From: Marine Group III euryarchaeote CG-Epi1
GTDB taxonomy: Archaea; Thermoplasmatota; Poseidoniia; MGIII; CG-Epi1
Assembly: GCA_001875345.1 (NCBI GenBank)
Contig: MIZA01000001.1
Location: 3,340 to 67,339 of the forward strand
Length of the DNA: 64,000 nt
Direction of reading: 5' to 3'
The notes under the pieces were generated by a model. The model saw nothing but the letters and a program-made list of their open reading frames with translations. It was not told where the DNA came from and did no database searches. Positions within the stretch are counted from its first letter, which is position 1. Each line of letters starts with the position of its first letter. Position numbers and translations under genes: made by a program. Positions 1 through 9,630 of this stretch are shown here, piece by piece.

Positions 1-234
1 ATAACGAGTGATTCCGCTTCTTAGACCTAAAAATATAAACGCACTGCTGAGTTGTATAAAGACTATAGATAATGCTAAAATTCCGTAGTCGCTTGGTCCT
101 AAAAAGCGTGCAAGAATAGATTGATTTATAATTCCCAAAAACTTGCCCACGATAGTCCCAATTAATATAATAGAACTACTCTTTAGAATTAGTGAAATGG
201 AACTTAAGTAATTTTCTGAATTATTAGATTTCAT
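1..234 (-). CDS. Wzx/MOP-family polysaccharide flippase, N-terminal fragment (gene continues past the window edge)
   Basis: Not in the ORF track. Hand translation of the reverse strand from ATG (234..232) gives MKSNNSENYLSSISLILKSSSIILIGTIVGKFLGIINQSILARFLGPSDYGILALSIVFIQLSSAFIFLGLRSGITRY, open to position 1. The hydrophobic N-terminus with ARFLGPxxYG is typical of Wzx-type flippases. Confidence 0.45.
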   Translation of the reverse strand, partial: MKSNNSENYLSSISLILKSSSIILIGTIVGKFLGIINQSILARFLGPSDYGILALSIVFIQLSSAFIFLGLRSGITRY

Positions 235-250
235 TAAACTTATAAATTAT

Positions 251-1225
251 TTAAACAATCTTAAATAGTGATGATGATGAATCGGCACCTTCGGAATTTC
301 TTGGGGTTTTCCAATCTCCGTATAACTCTTCTAGGTAAGATTCTGACAATTTAGGCACCCTAACTCTAACACCATTAAACAAAGTCTTTTTGAATTCACT
401 AAAATATGTAATGGGTACAGAAACATCTTTTGCTTGCTTGAACTGAACTTCACTAATTACGTGATTTATTAAATAATCAAATTTGCTGATAACATGATAA
501 GGTAGTAATGAGAATAGTTTAGTTATTAAATTACGGTAATACTTTAGTAATCCTTCGCCAGGTAAGTTGATATTGCTTTCAAACATTTCATTTTCAAATA
601 TTAATGTAAAACTACTTGAACTGTTAAATTTCCCGGGCCTAAATTTAAATAGTTTGTCAATTAGATGAGATTCAATTTTTTTTGAGGAGTAAGAGGATAA
701 TAAAATATTATAGAGGTTTGTGAAAGAGTAAGTTATATCTGGTACAAAATTACTATTAGATCTCAAATCAATTGGCTTAAAGTGGGAATTATATGAGAGA
801 AGAAATAAAAATTTATCGAATAGAGTACTGTTAGAGATAATACCGAATGGCCTTGATGCCATATTTTCTTTTTTGATATAAGGATGTATGTCGATGACAA
901 AGTGACCAACGGGATTAGCATAGTTATAAATTTTTATATTAGAATATTGCAATTCATTACTAAAATTTTTTGAATCATACAGCTCGACATCTAAACCTTC
1001 ATCCCTAATATAAGGAAGAATATCCAATAACTTAGGAACTTCGTCATTCCAAATACTTATATCAAATTCACCATCCCAGGGTATTATTTCTCTGTCTCTA
1101 ATAGCTCCTAACAATGTTCCATAATCTAACCAATAATTGATATCGTTTTTATCCAGTATCTTAATCAAATTAAAAAAATTAACAAGACCTTTCTTTCTAA
1201 GATTATTCAATGTGTAAGAAACCAT
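251..1225 (-). CDS. LicD-family phosphotransferase (phosphocholine / phospho-substituent transferase family)
   Basis: The N-terminal motif NYWLDYGTLLGAIRDREIIPWDGEFDISI matches the LicD nucleotidyltransferase-fold signature (GTLLGAxR...PWDxDxD). Confidence 0.7.
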   Translation of the reverse strand: MVSYTLNNLRKKGLVNFFNLIKILDKNDINYWLDYGTLLGAIRDREIIPWDGEFDISIWNDEVPKLLDILPYIRDEGLDVELYDSKNFSNELQYSNIKIYNYANPVGHFVIDIHPYIKKENMASRPFGIISNSTLFDKFLFLLSYNSHFKPIDLRSNSNFVPDITYSFTNLYNILLSSYSSKKIESHLIDKLFKFRPGKFNSSSSFTLIFENEMFESNINLPGEGLLKYYRNLITKLFSLLPYHVISKFDYLINHVISEVQFKQAKDVSVPITYFSEFKKTLFNGVRVRVPKLSESYLEELYGDWKTPRNSEGADSSSSLFKIV

Positions 1226-1233
1226 TATTTTAT

Positions 1234-1899
1234 TTACCTAACATTAAGATATTTTTCGGTTATGTGTGCCCAGTTATTAAACTCAATATTAAATATTTCA
1301 AAGTTAATATTATTTTTAATAAGATTGTCTATAACTGAATCGTATAATTTGACGTAGGAGCCGCTTAAATTTTGGCTGTGAGAAAGGTCATCTATAAATA
1401 AATCACACTTAACTTTTTTTAAGAAGTTAACTTTTTGATCTGCTGAATCAACTATATTTATTGAATCATAAACAAAACCATTTGAGTCTAACCAGTCTTT
1501 GGTTATAGAATATGCATACTTTTGCTTACTGTTGATGAGATCATTTTTTAATTTGGGTAATTTAACTGAGAGAAAATTATTAATCTTTAAAACTAATTTT
1601 CCGAAGGAATAGTCATACCATCTTTCGGAAAATAGGCGATAAGATTTACTGCCATTAAAACCTCTTGCTGTCAAAAAATGAATTTCATATTTTTCTGATA
1701 GCCTACTAATGGAATTTATTGCATTAGGAAGGGGTTTATCTTTCATCAGCTCTTTTCTTATAAAGGCTTTCCAATGTATTTGCTCACCTGGAAACTCTGG
1801 AATTGTCCATTTCTTAATACGCTTCCAATGGTCATTGATTGTACTATCTATGTCACAAAAAAGAATTTTCTTATTTACTTTTGTAGGATTTGATATCAT
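1234..1899 (-). CDS. HAD-superfamily phosphatase-like protein (NT5C-like)
   Basis: The DxDxT-type motif ILFCDIDSTIN and the C-terminal DLFIDD fit the family. I prefer the internal Met (MISNPTK, codon 27 of ORF 1234..1977) because the longer form overlaps the upstream gene by more than 100 nt. Confidence 0.45.
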   Translation of the reverse strand: MISNPTKVNKKILFCDIDSTINDHWKRIKKWTIPEFPGEQIHWKAFIRKELMKDKPLPNAINSISRLSEKYEIHFLTARGFNGSKSYRLFSERWYDYSFGKLVLKINNFLSVKLPKLKNDLINSKQKYAYSITKDWLDSNGFVYDSINIVDSADQKVNFLKKVKCDLFIDDLSHSQNLSGSYVKLYDSVIDNLIKNNINFEIFNIEFNNWAHITEKYLNVR

Positions 1900-2743
1900 C
1901 TGAAAAAGATTTGTAAGAATTTGAATCGCAAGAGTAAGTAAATATTTGAAAATTATCCGAACTTGTATTGAGGCCATAAAGCTCGTATTTGTGGGCTATT
2001 TCCATTGGAATTAATGACTTGTTAATCGTAATTACCGGACATAGAATCTCTCCAATCACATTATTTTTACCTACTGAATCTACAATAAGTTCAGAATTTT
2101 TATTGATTTTATTCCTAAGACTTTTAATATCAAAATTGGAAAGTACGTCAACTAAATGAGAGTAAATTGTAATAGGAGGTGTTGTAGGAGTTTGACTTAA
2201 TTTAGAGAAATCTTTGTAGCGTCTTAAATTAAGATACGAAAACACATCAGAGGGTATGAGATTAGCCCAAAAATCTTTCCTTATACCGACAATAGAAAGC
2301 CCAGGCATTGATCCTAATTGCTTATTGCTACAAGTCACAAAAATTTTAGTATTCTTTGGAATAGAATAGTAGGGAAAAGAACTAATGCAATCTACAATAC
2401 ACCCTTCCTTTTCAAATACTGCTGAAATCGAGGTTTCTAGTTGACAGTACATTTCTAGAGGATCAACATTCTCTCCTTTGCCATATAAACTTGAAAAATT
2501 ATTCCATTTATCTTTAAAAACACCGTCTGGACCTATAAGGTTAATATCCCTTAAAACTGAAAAAAATACGCTTTCTATACCTACTGTTCCGCTACCTGGA
2601 ACGAATAGTATGTCATAATTATTCAGCCCGAATATTGTTTTAAATTTTCCTGTTAACGATTCGTAGAGATTAAAAAAATCTTTATCTCTATGAGAAAAAT
2701 CAATTACTGATTGTGTAGCTAAATGTGTGTTAGGACCAAACAT
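1871..2743 (-). CDS. Class-V (PhnW/AGXT-like) PLP aminotransferase, short form
   Basis: ILFVPGSGTVGIESV corresponds to the GSG..xE motif. IVDCISSFPYYSIP...VTCSNKQLGSMPGLSIV corresponds to the PLP-lysine motif (S-x-N/Q-K-x-L...PG). The order of motifs is collinear with 2-aminoethylphosphonate:pyruvate / serine-glyoxylate aminotransferases. Confidence 0.65.
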   Translation of the reverse strand: MFGPNTHLATQSVIDFSHRDKDFFNLYESLTGKFKTIFGLNNYDILFVPGSGTVGIESVFFSVLRDINLIGPDGVFKDKWNNFSSLYGKGENVDPLEMYCQLETSISAVFEKEGCIVDCISSFPYYSIPKNTKIFVTCSNKQLGSMPGLSIVGIRKDFWANLIPSDVFSYLNLRRYKDFSKLSQTPTTPPITIYSHLVDVLSNFDIKSLRNKINKNSELIVDSVGKNNVIGEILCPVITINKSLIPMEIAHKYELYGLNTSSDNFQIFTYSCDSNSYKSFSDDIKSYKSK

Positions 2744-3957
2744 TAATCTTCTAAGTACTCCTTTAAGTTTTTGTAAACTAGATCAAAATGGTTTTCCTTA
2801 TCTAACCAATTCTGGTAATATCTAGGAATCTGTGGCTCAAGTGTTTCTTTTTCATCTAACAGAAATTTTACCAATTGGGGAAATGAAGGGTTGTAGAACG
2901 GCGGTGAGTAATTTCCGTAGCCATTATTTGAATAACCTGCAGCATAAGTTGGCTGAACCTCAAGAAAACAGAGTTTGTTGTTTTTTTGATCTAGAACTAT
3001 GTCTAAACCTTGATGATTCAGACCCAAGAGATGAACAGCTTTACAAATTTCTTTCTCATTTTCAACACATATTCTTTCACATAATTTGTTATAATATAAC
3101 CAAGATTCAGCCTTTTTAGGATTGAATTTACCCATTATAGCAACCCAATCTTCTGGAGAACTAGTCCTAGCATAACCAGATATGACTTTTGAACCTGAGA
3201 CGTGTATCCTAAATGAAACATTTACATTCCTTTCCTTATCTATAGTATCAATTAATTCAACACACATTTTCTTAGGTTCAATACCTCTATTTTCTTCCTT
3301 GAAAATTTGATGGAACTTGTCTAACTTGTCCAAGTAATGCTCTAGTTGGTTATAACCACTGACAACAATTGACTCCATTATAAGATTTCTAAAGAAATTT
3401 CCCAAACTAATTTCACCCTTCTTCAAAGACACGTAATTTTCTTTAATTTCTTCAAACTTAACTAGTTTTTTACGCCTTGAACCTATTAAATAAGAGTGAA
3501 AGCCACTGACTGAATTATTCAAACGCAAAAGAAATGGAAATTTAATCTTACTTTTTACTAAATTTTCATAAAATTCTTTCTTACTTTCAAATGAAAAAAA
3601 ATTGGGACAATTAATCCCATTTTCTTTCCATATTTTGAATGCCTTTTCTTTATTCTGAACGTTAATGAATCCATTAGCTGAATTTGTTAAAAATTTTAGA
3701 TTATTAATTTTTTCATTCTGCTTAAGCATGCCATCATATTCTAATCTATTTGTTAATTCTGAGTCTGGATACCATCTGATATATTCTAAAGAGTCACGAT
3801 TTTCTTTATAGGCTCTTAAAACACTGAAACCATCGTCACATGGAACATCTATTATCTTTCCGAAATATTCCTCGAGCTTAGACCTCTCAAAAATTCTCCA
3901 ATTTTTTTTAGAGCCGTTTCCGGGCCCTCTTGATGCAGAAATTACTTTATATGTCAT
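2743..3957 (-). CDS. ATP-grasp-like ligase with an unassigned N-terminal region
   Basis: FPFLLRLNNSVSGFHSY resembles the ATP-grasp B-loop region. GLDIVLDQKNNKLCFLEVQP resembles the C-terminal Mg-ATP strand (E-x-N replaced by E-V-Q). The start overlaps the stop of the next gene by 1 nt. Confidence 0.45.
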   Translation of the reverse strand: MTYKVISASRGPGNGSKKNWRIFERSKLEEYFGKIIDVPCDDGFSVLRAYKENRDSLEYIRWYPDSELTNRLEYDGMLKQNEKINNLKFLTNSANGFINVQNKEKAFKIWKENGINCPNFFSFESKKEFYENLVKSKIKFPFLLRLNNSVSGFHSYLIGSRRKKLVKFEEIKENYVSLKKGEISLGNFFRNLIMESIVVSGYNQLEHYLDKLDKFHQIFKEENRGIEPKKMCVELIDTIDKERNVNVSFRIHVSGSKVISGYARTSSPEDWVAIMGKFNPKKAESWLYYNKLCERICVENEKEICKAVHLLGLNHQGLDIVLDQKNNKLCFLEVQPTYAAGYSNNGYGNYSPPFYNPSFPQLVKFLLDEKETLEPQIPRYYQNWLDKENHFDLVYKNLKEYLED

Positions 3958-3979
3958 TTAATTGTTTAGATCTAACAGG

Positions 3980-5782
3980 TTAATCTAAACCTCCGTTATA
4001 AAAATATACTTTTTCACCTAAACTATTTGTATAAGTTATGTCTAAAAAATCGTAGTTGTCATATTTATCAGTGTTAAACTGAATTGTAGTATTATCTTTT
4101 GATATTATATCTCTTTGAGTAATAACAAGATATTCAGAATCATAACTTTCGAAGAATGATAAAAAGTATATTTCATTTCTGAATATCGTGCCTAAGTGTT
4201 CTTCGGAAATAGGACTTATTGGATACAATGCTGCAAACAACTTTTGATTTTCGGCTAAAGTTAAAATCAGCTTATCTTCGTGCTCTACTTTATTTAAATG
4301 CTTAATAATGTTTATAGAAACACCTATGTTTTCTTGATAGTCTCTACTCTTTATTGTGTTATCATAATCATTAATACCCATAATTATTGGAGGACTTATT
4401 ACGTAATTAAAAATCATGAATGTTTGTATGAGAATAACTAAAAACGTTACAACAGGAATAGTAATATGACGAAGATTGATGCGACTCAAAAAATTATAGG
4501 AAAAATAAATTGCTGAACCAATAAAAAGAGGTCTAAAAATGTAAAAGGCGCCCATTCTTCTAGAGACAAAATCAAGCCAAATTGAGATTAAATATACCAT
4601 CAAACTAATTAAAAATAATTCTAAGATTAGTCTATAATTTCTACGAATAGACTGATCTCTTATGTAGTAATAGGCCGCAAAAGAAGAGAAAAAAATCAAA
4701 AGACTATATCCATGCTTAGCCAGTATGAGTATGTTGCCAAAATATGAAGCATTACCAATGAAGTAAGGCCCTGAAACAGATGAAAATGAGCTGTTAGATC
4801 CAGAGTATAAAATTGTAATTGAAATCGAAAGTGCAAAAAATGTATAAACAATCCAATATTTGTCAACAAATTTATTTGAAATTATATTCGTATTTATATT
4901 AAATGAAATTACGTAAACTAGGATGTTAAAAGTTACAAATAAAGCGAAATAGAAACTAAAATTTAGACTAATAGAATCAAGAGAACCGGGGATTTTATTA
5001 GCAAATTCTTCACCTATTGCTGTTGAGTTGAAAACGTTGGAATAATGGAATAAGTAAGAACATAGCAAGGCTATTTGGTACGTTAAAGAAACATGTAATG
5101 CATTTGTTTTAACTTTTCTATCGTGATTCGTAAACTGTATAGCTAAAGAAAAAATAATTACAGATGCGAATATCATTAACAAACGATTAGTGTGAGACAA
5201 TGCATGAATTAAACAAAAGAAGAACAATACAAGGATAAACTTATTATTAGAAAAGTTAGTTTTAGAATGCCTGTCTAAAATGAAGATTATTAAGACCATT
5301 TGAGATAATATTAAGATTATGTCTGTATCGGAACCATTAAGGGAGGGGGAAGTAATATTTAGTGCTGGTAAAAAATTGCCCTCATCATTTTTGTAATAAA
5401 CGATACCTAAAGGAAGGGCTGAAAATAATGAGACTAAAATTCCTAATTTTGCGTTAATAAGCTTATTACCGAAGATAAAAATTAGGAGTATGACTAAGAC
5501 AGCACTGAATGCTCTAAATATATACCAAGTAAGAAATGAGTCTTCAAAAAATAAAAGTAAGACGCCAACAAAAATGGAATAACCTGGTGGATAATAAACA
5601 TAAACTTCTGCTAAAGAAAAGGGATCTGAAATTTCTGTGTACAAATTCCCCCTCGAAAAATGTAATAGCCCATCTACACTTGTAAATGTCAAACCATAAT
5701 TAATTAACTCAAAAAATGTATTTTGTAAGGTAACTATGGATATAAGTATAAGTAACAAATAATATTTTGATCGATTAATCAT
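3980..5782 (-). CDS. Large polytopic membrane protein, GT-C (PMT_2/ArnT-like) glycosyltransferase candidate
   Basis: 600 aa with about 14 hydrophobic segments and a soluble tail of about 130 aa. The first loop / early TM pattern VDGLLHFSRG...YYPPGYSIFVGVLLLFF...RAFSAVLVILLIF resembles PMT_2-type GT-C enzymes. Confidence 0.4.
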   Translation of the reverse strand: MINRSKYYLLLILISIVTLQNTFFELINYGLTFTSVDGLLHFSRGNLYTEISDPFSLAEVYVYYPPGYSIFVGVLLLFFEDSFLTWYIFRAFSAVLVILLIFIFGNKLINAKLGILVSLFSALPLGIVYYKNDEGNFLPALNITSPSLNGSDTDIILILSQMVLIIFILDRHSKTNFSNNKFILVLFFFCLIHALSHTNRLLMIFASVIIFSLAIQFTNHDRKVKTNALHVSLTYQIALLCSYLFHYSNVFNSTAIGEEFANKIPGSLDSISLNFSFYFALFVTFNILVYVISFNINTNIISNKFVDKYWIVYTFFALSISITILYSGSNSSFSSVSGPYFIGNASYFGNILILAKHGYSLLIFFSSFAAYYYIRDQSIRRNYRLILELFLISLMVYLISIWLDFVSRRMGAFYIFRPLFIGSAIYFSYNFLSRINLRHITIPVVTFLVILIQTFMIFNYVISPPIIMGINDYDNTIKSRDYQENIGVSINIIKHLNKVEHEDKLILTLAENQKLFAALYPISPISEEHLGTIFRNEIYFLSFFESYDSEYLVITQRDIISKDNTTIQFNTDKYDNYDFLDITYTNSLGEKVYFYNGGLD

Positions 5783-6147
5783 TTTAAACTCAATGTAAGT
5801 GGAACATCTCCCGCATAAATTGTTATGAACACTTTATCGGGAATTACTTCAAAACTTACTGTAATAATCCTGCTTTCGAAAGCATTTAAGATAGTGGTAT
5901 CAGTAATCCATTGTCCATTACTAATCTCTAAATTATATAGACAAGGTATTTGCCTATCAAATAAATTTTTAACTACAAATGTTAAATTGCTAATGTAAGA
6001 AGATTCATCATAGTTAACTTCTTCGATCCAAGCTTCCATTCCTTCATTGCTAGGATTAAAAAATAAATATGAGAAAGAAAAATTATATGATATTAATAAT
6101 ACCAAAGAAAAAAGTATAATGTAAAAAAATTGATTGTCTCTATTCAT
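5779..6147 (-). CDS. Small membrane-anchored hypothetical protein
   Basis: An ORF with one N-terminal TM (FFYIILFSLVLLISY) and a beta-rich tail. The internal Met (MNRDNQ) at 6147 abuts the upstream GT4 stop at 6149. It overlaps the downstream gene by 4 nt. Confidence 0.35.
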   Translation of the reverse strand: MNRDNQFFYIILFSLVLLISYNFSFSYLFFNPSNEGMEAWIEEVNYDESSYISNLTFVVKNLFDRQIPCLYNLEISNGQWITDTTILNAFESRIITVSFEVIPDKVFITIYAGDVPLTLSLK

Positions 6148-6148
6148 A

Positions 6149-7231
6149 TTATTTACTAACCTTAGAAAGAATGGCGCTTGATAATATTTTTTCAAACTTG
6201 GGCGTAATATTTTCCCAATAAAAAGATTTAACCTCTTCTAAGGAATTCACACTTAATGAAGATAATATATCATAAGAATTAGTAACATCTACTATGGCTT
6301 TACTTAATTGAGGGGGACTTTTTTTGTCAACTAGTATTCCACTATGTCCATCGCTTATTATATCTGGTATTCCAGAGCTACGTGTGCCTATCACTGGAGT
6401 ACCAACACTCATAGCTTCTATGATAACATTTGGAAAACCATCGCCAGATACGGAAGGTACTACCAAACATCTAACTTTAGATAAATATTTAAGTACAAGA
6501 CTGGGGTGAATTTCCCCCAAAAAAACTATTTTTTTGCCTCTTGACTGTTTTTCTAGAGTAGGTCGTGCAGGGCCATCTCCTAAAATTATGCAAATTGAGT
6601 CGTGAACTCCACTCATTGCTTTAATTAGGTACCTAATTCCCTTGTCATTTCGCTCAGAATTCTCAGTTAAACGGCCCAGATAAGCGATAATTTTCCTACG
6701 ATTTGTAATTTTTTGATAATCTATACTACTTGGAAAGATTCCATTGGGAACTACTGCTACTTTAGATTTCGGAAAGAGCTTAGAAAAAGTTTCCTTTATA
6801 ATTTCACTTTGAACATGGATTAATCTTGATTTGCTTATAATTAAATTGTTTAATTTACTATACTTAAGATAGTCAATTTCAGCCCTTATTGAAGATATAA
6901 ATGGAATGCCGAAAATTATAGATGCTAACATTGATTTTAAACCCGTATCATAGAGCCCGAAACTGAATAAAACGTCTAACTTTTTCCTCATTAAAAAAAA
7001 ATGATACATAGAAAAGGCTAAAGTACAAAAATATCGTATGAATTTGACATTGGGAGATTTTATTTGAACTAAATCAAAAGGAAATTTTTCATTATTATAA
7101 CTACTATTATATCTAACAAAAACTGTAACCTCATGATTTTCGGAAAGTGAGGTTGCCAATCCTAGTGCTTGCTTTTCAGCTCCCCCAATACGAACTGGAT
7201 GTAATCCACCTACGATCAAACCTATTTTCAT
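6149..7231 (-). CDS. GT4-family glycosyltransferase
   Basis: MKIGLIVGGLHPVRIGGAEKQ is a typical GT-B N-terminus. GDGFPNVIIEAMSVGTPVIGT is the EX7E motif. The start is taken at Met12 of the ORF. Confidence 0.8.
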   Translation of the reverse strand: MKIGLIVGGLHPVRIGGAEKQALGLATSLSENHEVTVFVRYNSSYNNEKFPFDLVQIKSPNVKFIRYFCTLAFSMYHFFLMRKKLDVLFSFGLYDTGLKSMLASIIFGIPFISSIRAEIDYLKYSKLNNLIISKSRLIHVQSEIIKETFSKLFPKSKVAVVPNGIFPSSIDYQKITNRRKIIAYLGRLTENSERNDKGIRYLIKAMSGVHDSICIILGDGPARPTLEKQSRGKKIVFLGEIHPSLVLKYLSKVRCLVVPSVSGDGFPNVIIEAMSVGTPVIGTRSSGIPDIISDGHSGILVDKKSPPQLSKAIVDVTNSYDILSSLSVNSLEEVKSFYWENITPKFEKILSSAILSKVSK

Positions 7232-7236
7232 TTTTG

Positions 7237-8331
7237 TTATATTTCTGACAATATGGTTTGCCAAACCTCAGTTGCAGCCTTATAGGAATATTTTTCTCTA
7301 ACTGTAGAAATGGAATTAGAAGATATCATATCATAATTTTGCTTAGACGAAAGTAGTTTATCAATTGATTCTACAAATAAATCTATATCATTATAATCTG
7401 GAACAATGTAACCGTTGAAATTATTCGTTATTAAATCATTTATATCTCCAACATCGGAAACAACACATGGTAAACCACAACCCATCGCTTCCAGAACGAC
7501 CATTGGAAGGCCTTCCCTTTCAGAACATAAAACTAGAATGCGTGAATTATGATAAAATAATTCTACGTCTTCCCTATACCCTAACATCACAACATTCTTT
7601 TTTATTCCTAAACTAGTAATCAATTTCTTTAACGAATTATATTTTGGACCATCGCCTACTATTCCTGCCTTTATATCTGGATATTTTTTTGCTAACTTGG
7701 AAATCATATGGAGAAATAAATCTTGCCTCTTTATTGGATCTAACCGAGCCACATAAATTAAATCAAAAAACTTATTTTGATTGATTGGAACAAATTTATC
7801 TAAATCCACGGAATCAGGTAATATTTTTATTAACTCTTTAGATATTCCGTTCGCTATTAAATATTCCATTGTTTTTGTGCCTGTAGTTGTTATAGAATCA
7901 AATTTACTTGTTATACTTATTAAAAAATTCTCAAGAGTTGAACTTTGTCGATCAAAGGTTCGGCCTAACCTAAGAAGCTTGAACTCTTCAGGACCAGACA
8001 TCACATTATAATTTACCGGAACGTTAATTATCTTTCCTACAAGCAAAGCTACAAACCCATGAGGCTTAATATAATAAGAAATAATAATGTCAGGTTTATA
8101 CTTTTTTGAGAGTGCTATGCTATAAAAAAATTCAAAGATTATATTCAATATATTAAATCGGAATTTGTTACAAAAATATGTTGTTTTTTCTAAATATGGA
8201 CCTGGATTATGTCTTAAACGAAAAACAAATAAGTTTTCTACTTGAGGTAACATTATAATTGGCTTTAACGAATGCTCAACCGTAAGATCCAACATACTTA
8301 AAAAACAAAAAATATTTAATTTCTTTTCCAC
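7237..8331 (-). CDS. GT4-family glycosyltransferase
   Basis: SEREGLPMVVLEAMGCGLPCVVSDVGD is the EX7E motif in a GT-B layout. Confidence 0.8.
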   Translation of the reverse strand: MEKKLNIFCFLSMLDLTVEHSLKPIIMLPQVENLFVFRLRHNPGPYLEKTTYFCNKFRFNILNIIFEFFYSIALSKKYKPDIIISYYIKPHGFVALLVGKIINVPVNYNVMSGPEEFKLLRLGRTFDRQSSTLENFLISITSKFDSITTTGTKTMEYLIANGISKELIKILPDSVDLDKFVPINQNKFFDLIYVARLDPIKRQDLFLHMISKLAKKYPDIKAGIVGDGPKYNSLKKLITSLGIKKNVVMLGYREDVELFYHNSRILVLCSEREGLPMVVLEAMGCGLPCVVSDVGDINDLITNNFNGYIVPDYNDIDLFVESIDKLLSSKQNYDMISSNSISTVREKYSYKAATEVWQTILSEI

Positions 8332-8879
8332 TCTTCTAATCTCCTAACGTGAAAAAAATCTATCCCACACCTGTAAGCTATAATATTATCTTTCCAACTA
8401 TCTCCAATAACTACTACCTTATCTTTGTCTTTGATATTATTTTTCTTTAATAATGAAAGAAGGCCTTCATTAGAAGGTTTAGGTGTGTTAACATCATCTT
8501 TTGCAATGATATCTAAAAAATATTCACTTATGCCTAGATTATTTAGAATTGCTTTAATGGTACTATTAAGATTATCTGATAATATGTACATTTGCTTATC
8601 TAATCTATAAAATTTTATTACTTTTAACGCATCCTCATTTATTTGATAACTTGCATTCTTTTCAAAACGTTTAATTATGTTGAGATAAACTTCACGCTTA
8701 TCTGGATTGATTCTACTAATCATAAGTGAAATTGGCATCAATCTGTAAAATAAAGGAAACCGAGGGCTTAATATTTCTGAAATTAGTGTGTTTTTCATTG
8801 ACTTCCAATCAACTTTGAGATCTACTATAGTCCCATCAAAATCCCATATCAATATCTTTTTAGATTTAAAATTTATCAT
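8316..8879 (-). CDS. HAD-superfamily hydrolase (phosphoglycolate-phosphatase-like)
   Basis: ILIWDFDGTIVD is HAD motif I (DxDGT). VVVIGDSWKDNIIAYRCG is motif IV. Confidence 0.7.
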   Translation of the reverse strand: MINFKSKKILIWDFDGTIVDLKVDWKSMKNTLISEILSPRFPLFYRLMPISLMISRINPDKREVYLNIIKRFEKNASYQINEDALKVIKFYRLDKQMYILSDNLNSTIKAILNNLGISEYFLDIIAKDDVNTPKPSNEGLLSLLKKNNIKDKDKVVVIGDSWKDNIIAYRCGIDFFHVRRLEEWKRN

Positions 8880-8957
8880 TTTCTTTTTAGTTAGTTAAAA
8901 GATGTAAATAGGTGAAAATAAGGAGTAATGGGAAAGTAAATGCACTGTGTAAGGAGA

Positions 8958-9584
8958 CTATTTGGTTTTAAGATCTCTTCTGTATCCCTCTCTATCACCT
9001 AAAAGATTATTATCTAAGGAACTATGATAAATTATCTCGCCTGTTTGTTTCTTGGCTTCAATAACATCTAAAATAGGCATGGTTTCTAGAAAAAGAGTAT
9101 ATCCATAATTAAGAGCCTTTAGATAAACATCTTCAACTTCTTCGAAATCAGGATAAATTGAAAATCTTACCTGAGATACAATAGGGCCATCATCAATCCC
9201 TGGTGTTATTTCATGAATTGTAACACCATGCTCCTGTCTTTTATCCTTTAAAGCCCAATTTATCGGCCTCATTCCTCTATAAAGTGGCAGAGGTGAATTA
9301 TGAAGATTAAGGATTCTTACGCATTTTTCTATGAAATCATTTTTAACAATTTTGTCATAGAAACAAGAAAAAGCTAAATCTATTTTCTTATCTTTAGGTA
9401 AATCTCTGTAATTCCCACTTTTTACATAATCTATTTGGTTTACTTCACACCAATCTACCAGAGATTCTGTCCAATGGGGCTCAGGAATTACTGGAACAAC
9501 ATATTTTAAGTTCTCATGTTTTTTAAACCATTCACATATTTTTATACATAAATCTCCTTTACCTAAAACTACTACATTTTTCAT
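8958..9584 (-). CDS. Formyltransferase (sugar N-formyltransferase / Fmt N-domain type)
   Basis: LNLHNSPLPLYRGMRPINWAL matches HxSLLPxxRG with the Asn-x-His pair, and GIDDGPIV supplies the catalytic Asp. The protein has only the N-terminal catalytic domain (208 aa). Confidence 0.7.
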   Translation of the reverse strand: MKNVVVLGKGDLCIKICEWFKKHENLKYVVPVIPEPHWTESLVDWCEVNQIDYVKSGNYRDLPKDKKIDLAFSCFYDKIVKNDFIEKCVRILNLHNSPLPLYRGMRPINWALKDKRQEHGVTIHEITPGIDDGPIVSQVRFSIYPDFEEVEDVYLKALNYGYTLFLETMPILDVIEAKKQTGEIIYHSSLDNNLLGDREGYRRDLKTK

Positions 9585-9630
9585 ATTAATTTACCACATA
9601 TTTATTACTTAAATCTTACTATAAAGGCTA

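Noticed and set aside
1871-2743. I considered claiming a complete phosphonate (2-AEP) biosynthesis pathway on the basis of the PhnW-like aminotransferase next to LicD.
   Set aside because: No PEP mutase or phosphonopyruvate decarboxylase is present in the window, and the class-V fold is shared with serine/glyoxylate aminotransferases. It is kept as a hypothesis only.
3980-5782. I considered whether the 600-aa polytopic protein is the oligosaccharyltransferase AglB/STT3.
   Set aside because: There is no WWDYG motif; the nearest match, IWLDF, is followed by more TM helices. There is no DK/MI motif, and the soluble C-terminal domain is only about 130 aa. The early-loop pattern fits PMT_2/ArnT-like GT-C enzymes better.
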